This document shows, one piece after another, positions 60,395-64,000 of a DNA stretch of 64,000 nt (within the stretch, counting starts at the first letter, position 1; every line of letters begins with the position of its first letter). The notes under the pieces are model-generated. The model was given only the letters and a program-made list of their open reading frames with translations, did not search any database and was not told the DNA's origin. A program made the position numbers and the translations under genes. This stretch comes from Candidatus Thorarchaeota archaeon (GTDB lineage: Archaea; Asgardarchaeota; Thorarchaeia; Thorarchaeales; Thorarchaeaceae), in contig RDOC01000004.1 of assembly GCA_011364985.1 (NCBI GenBank), positions 1-64,000 of the forward strand, given 5' to 3'.

Positions 60395-62608
60395 TTAGGT
60401 TCGCTTGTAGATGTATCTGCTCCATGAACTCAGCGAAGGCATCTCATCAGGCATTCCTTTCCTCTTTCTGATCTCAAGGATTTTTTCTTCCTGCATATTG
60501 CCCGGAAGAGGCTCAAAGCCTCTGAACTCGTAGCCAAAGAAGCTTCTTCCAGCAGTTGCACTTCTGAACTCATCTGCGATGCCGATTGTTTCAGCAGTTG
60601 GGAGTGTGCCTTTGATGGTTACTGAGTCCTCCTCTGATTCGATACTAAGAATCTGGCCTCTGTGTCCTGTCAGCACCTTGATGACTCCGCCCTGAGTTTC
60701 AGTCGGCGTCTTTATGTCAGCGTTCAAGATTGGCTCATAGAGACCAGACTTGGCTGTTAAGAAGCTCATATTGAGCCCAGAACTGGTCATCGTAGCAACC
60801 TCGTTGTAGCCTGTGTGGGCCGGATCAGTATGAACGGTAGCATCAGTGAGAACGACCTTCACACCCATGATTGGTTCTCGAGCCAATGGTCCTTGGTCGA
60901 TGAACTCTCGGAAGGTAGTCTGGAGATAAGAGAAGATTCTCTCGAATCGCTGGACTCCACTCATTGCGTCAACAAGCATCGATGACTCGTAAATATCGAG
61001 AATCTTTCTTGCTTCCTTTGCATCCCAGCCAGCTTCATCACGAAGGACTTGAGCTCTGTCGCGAGCATTCTGGTCGGCTGTGATTCTCTTTTTCTTGATT
61101 AGTTCAATGCTCTTCTCATCCAGAGGCTCAACGTAGAGTCGGAGTCTATTGTGACCGTTTGGTGATTTTGTGTGGAATTCATCGCCGCGGTCAGTAATCT
61201 TCTCACGATAGACGATGATGGGCTCGGACACCTTAATCGGGACCTGCTCATGAATGCGTTTCGTTAGAATCTCAATCTGAAGCGGATCAATTCCGTCCAA
61301 ACGATATTCACCCGATTCTCTGTCATGTGTGAACCTTGCCGTTGGATCAGCCATAATCCACTTCGACACTACCTCGCCAAGCTTGGCAATATCCTGAGGA
61401 TCGATTGGTTTGATGCTTCGACTTACAACAGGTTCACTCACATATTCTATTGCTTCAAAGCCAGGCATATCAGAGCCAGGTTCAATAAAGGACTCACCCG
61501 AAGGACAGATGAAACCAAAGACCGAGAACAGATTTCCTGCGGGCACCTCATCCATAGGCAGAATGTCTGTAATCTCTTGGACTCCAAGACGTTTCACAGT
61601 GACATTCTGCTTCATGCCAACGAGCTGAATGGTCTGCCCAGATTTCACGGTTCCGGAGAATACACGTCCGATTAGAGTTGGACGCTTGCTCTTCGGGTCC
61701 ACAAAGATCTTGGTTATCATTCCCAGCAGAGGCCCTTTTGGATCGCAGGCAAGAAGTGCCGTCCCTGCTGGAGTCTCAGGGTCGCCCTTCCAGATACGAG
61801 GAATTTTGTATCTTTGAGCTGTCTGTGGGTCGGGAAGATGATGAACAATCATTTCAAGAAGTGCGTCATCAAGTGGCAGATTATCTCTGAGCCACCTTTC
61901 GTCGCCTTCATTATATTTCTCAAATACAACAATTGGTTCGATATTCTTCTTTTCAAGAGTCTTCATTGTGAAAGCCCAACCAGTCTTGGCACTGCCGATG
62001 GCGATACTGCCATCTTTGAAATCGACCCTCCATTCCTTCGCATACTCAGGGGGTGCAACTTTCTTAATCAGGGCATTCACTTTGGCCATGATGACATCAA
62101 TACGTTCGTATACCTTCTTTGGCGGGAGTTTCAGTTCGTTGATAAGACGGTCCACTTTATTCACGAATAGAACAGGCTTGCATGCTTCACCGCCGACAGC
62201 CAGACGGATGTTTGTTTCAGTCTGTGTCATGACTCCTTCAAGTGCATCAACTAGGATTACTGCGCCATCGCTGGCACGAAGTGCCCTTGAAACCTCACCC
62301 GTGAAGGAAAGGTGTCCTGGAGTGTCAGAGAGCTGAACTAGATACTCCTGCCCGTCAATCTCGAAGTTGAGCATCACCACTGAAGTGAATATGGTAATGC
62401 CACGCTCTTGCTCTTCCTCATCACTATCTGTCATCAATGCCTGTCCTGCAGCTGCATCACTCATGAGGCCAGCACGACGCATTAGATAGTCGGTTGTCGT
62501 GGTCTTTCCGTGGTCAATATGAGCACTGATTGATATGATTCGCTTATGCCTGAAATCATCGCTCATTATCAAGCGCTTAATTTGCTCTGGCTCCTTTACT
62601 TTAACCAT
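60395..62608 (-). CDS. fusA: Elongation factor 2 (archaeal EF-2 family, atypical diphthamide loop)
   Basis: AHIDHGKTT, ERGITI, DTPGH, NKVD, KSPNGHN, HTDPAHTG, IRKRKG. Confidence 0.88.
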   Translation of the reverse strand: MVKVKEPEQIKRLIMSDDFRHKRIISISAHIDHGKTTTTDYLMRRAGLMSDAAAGQALMTDSDEEEQERGITIFTSVVMLNFEIDGQEYLVQLSDTPGHLSFTGEVSRALRASDGAVILVDALEGVMTQTETNIRLAVGGEACKPVLFVNKVDRLINELKLPPKKVYERIDVIMAKVNALIKKVAPPEYAKEWRVDFKDGSIAIGSAKTGWAFTMKTLEKKNIEPIVVFEKYNEGDERWLRDNLPLDDALLEMIVHHLPDPQTAQRYKIPRIWKGDPETPAGTALLACDPKGPLLGMITKIFVDPKSKRPTLIGRVFSGTVKSGQTIQLVGMKQNVTVKRLGVQEITDILPMDEVPAGNLFSVFGFICPSGESFIEPGSDMPGFEAIEYVSEPVVSRSIKPIDPQDIAKLGEVVSKWIMADPTARFTHDRESGEYRLDGIDPLQIEILTKRIHEQVPIKVSEPIIVYREKITDRGDEFHTKSPNGHNRLRLYVEPLDEKSIELIKKKRITADQNARDRAQVLRDEAGWDAKEARKILDIYESSMLVDAMSGVQRFERIFSYLQTTFREFIDQGPLAREPIMGVKVVLTDATVHTDPAHTGYNEVATMTSSGLNMSFLTAKSGLYEPILNADIKTPTETQGGVIKVLTGHRGQILSIESEEDSVTIKGTLPTAETIGIADEFRSATAGRSFFGYEFRGFEPLPGNMQEEKILEIRKRKGMPDEMPSLSSWSRYIYKRT

Positions 62609-62754
62609 TTGTCATCATCACCTAGCTCCGCTGTCTATCGGTCTATTATGACCTGAGGTTTTAATGTAATAGAAGGGCGGAGTCACCGAGAAAGTCATCG
62701 GTGGTCTGGGCCAGCACTTTTTCTGATTCTTAAAAGATTATCGTCATAGTCATA

Positions 62755-63534
62755 CTACCTAGTGGCAATAACAACCATCCTGTCAGAATTGGCTGCGTAT
62801 GGCATACGTGGAAGCTTATTCTGTCCATAGAACTCGGTCTTCAGAAACCCAACATCATGAAGCATCGATTGTATTTCATGTGAGGTGTACATTCGAATGT
62901 CATTATTTGCCATTGCATCCTCATTCATTTCCACAATGAGGGCTTCTTCAGTATCAATGAAAGTTGCTGGTCGACCGCGTAGCACTCCAGCTGTTGCATC
63001 GATTGAATGTGGCTCGTTCAGTAGATAGCCGCCTTCCATAGCGGTCCAGCTCTTGTAGAACCGTGGAAGGTTGTACGGATTCATGAGGTCAAGTAGGAGT
63101 CGGCCGCCCGATGAAAGGACCTTGTAGGACCCCTCAAGAACTTTCAGATTCTCTTCATGATCGAAGAAACCAAAACTATGACTCAGAATAACTGCAGCAT
63201 CGAAGGTGTGGTCTGATGTCATGGAGCGCATATCACCAGTATAGAAGTCAGCATCAACATGTGCATCACGGGCTCTCTCCTTTGCCACTTCAATGAGAGT
63301 TGAGGACAGGTCGAAGCCCGAAACCTTCAACTTGCGTTTAGCAAAGAGTACCCCCTGGTCACCGGCTCCGCATGCAATATCAAGAAGTCTATCACCCTTC
63401 TTAAGACCCAGTACCTCAATACAGAAGTCGACCACAAATTCGTCATATTGATGGATGCCCTGAATCGATTGACGGTGTTTCACTCGAAAGGTTTCTGCCC
63501 AAAAGTCGTCCCAGCCACGTTCAATTCGTTCCAT
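62755..63534 (-). CDS. Class I SAM-dependent methyltransferase
   Basis: LLDIACGAG, GFDLS, GDMR, SFGFF, GGRLLLD; likely start is ATG 63534. The ORF-track extension to 63726 overlaps a structured non-coding element. Confidence 0.88.
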   Translation of the reverse strand: MERIERGWDDFWAETFRVKHRQSIQGIHQYDEFVVDFCIEVLGLKKGDRLLDIACGAGDQGVLFAKRKLKVSGFDLSSTLIEVAKERARDAHVDADFYTGDMRSMTSDHTFDAAVILSHSFGFFDHEENLKVLEGSYKVLSSGGRLLLDLMNPYNLPRFYKSWTAMEGGYLLNEPHSIDATAGVLRGRPATFIDTEEALIVEMNEDAMANNDIRMYTSHEIQSMLHDVGFLKTEFYGQNKLPRMPYAANSDRMVVIATR

Positions 63535-63594
63535 ATGATGCACATCCAACTCACTTTGTAGAATACCAACGATATGAAGATTCTCATTGTGAGA

Positions 63595-63712
63595 AAGAAG
63601 GAAAGAATTTAGAAATAATGGAGAAGACCCGCAGCCTGTTAGTTCATCGCCGGGAGGGACGCAGTTGAAGCAACAGGAAACTCTGTGAGTACGCGGGCCT
63701 TGCGTCTCCAAA
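63595..63712 (-). ncRNA. Candidate small structured RNA
   Basis: TATA-like ATTTATA (63734-63740, minus strand), nested stems AAGGCCCGC/GCGGGTCTT, CCTGTT/AACAGG, TTCA/TGAA, then a U-rich tract. Confidence 0.5.
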
Positions 63713-63845
63713 CTATTAACAGGCAATATCGCCTATAAATCTATAGATTGTCCGCAAAAACGGCAACCTTTCCAAAAAAGCGAATTATAGCCGAAAAACT
63801 GGAATATAAATAAATAGAAGCTATTTTCACATAAGAGAAATGAGT

Positions 63846-63949
63846 TGGTAGCCCCGCCAGGACTCGAACCTGGGTCCAGCGGGCCAGAACCGCTGATGAT
63901 GGACCAGTTTGCATAGATCCCAAGGGATCCTACTCTACACCACGGGGCT
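63846..63949 (-). tRNA. tRNA-Gln(CTG) with a ~26-nt non-canonical D-loop intron; CCA encoded
   Basis: Acceptor AGCCCCG/CGGGGCT (A1-U72), anticodon arm AGCGG-TTCTGGC-CCGCT, T arm CCAGG-TTCGAGT-CCTGG; insert at 63908-63933. Confidence 0.93.
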
Positions 63950-64000
63950 TTTTTGAAGGCCTAAGAGGGTCAGCGACTCAGCACTCTGTTATCTTCTAAT

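Noticed and set aside
63741-63923. 60-aa ORF
   Set aside because: It overlaps the tRNA-Gln gene.

Overview
This is archaeal DNA, very likely from an Asgard archaeon (Thorarchaeota-like). That assignment is inferred from the roadblock protein, two Rab-like GTPases, WD40, two EF-2 paralogs and archaeal tgtA/Tes/PolB2. The first ~5.5 kb is accessory: the trailer end of a CRISPR array (37-bp repeat, no cas genes in the window), an amber-interrupted DUF4417/TGT-like gene, an adaptin-appendage-like protein, and a decayed NUMOD3-HNH endonuclease. That endonuclease carries a perfect 37-bp duplication around a 38-bp foreign insert, which is the geometry of an off-target Cas1-Cas2 spacer integration. 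The rest is mostly core genome: nrdD with a redoxin, thyA, a divergent EF-2 paralog, a KaiB-like(CxxC)-KaiC-KaiC-TPR operon next to roadblock/Rab/WD40/coat-platform-like genes, a PolB2 operon, larC, a metV-metF-mtrH-mtrA-mtrH-marker14-cofE C1 cluster, hflX, tgtA, an ABC transporter with three Thr-stalked surface proteins, GGPP synthase, tldD/pmbA, phzF, Tes, ileS, an M20 peptidase, EF-2, two candidate structured ncRNAs and an intron-containing tRNA-Gln(CTG). All family calls come from motif recognition by eye; no database searches were run.
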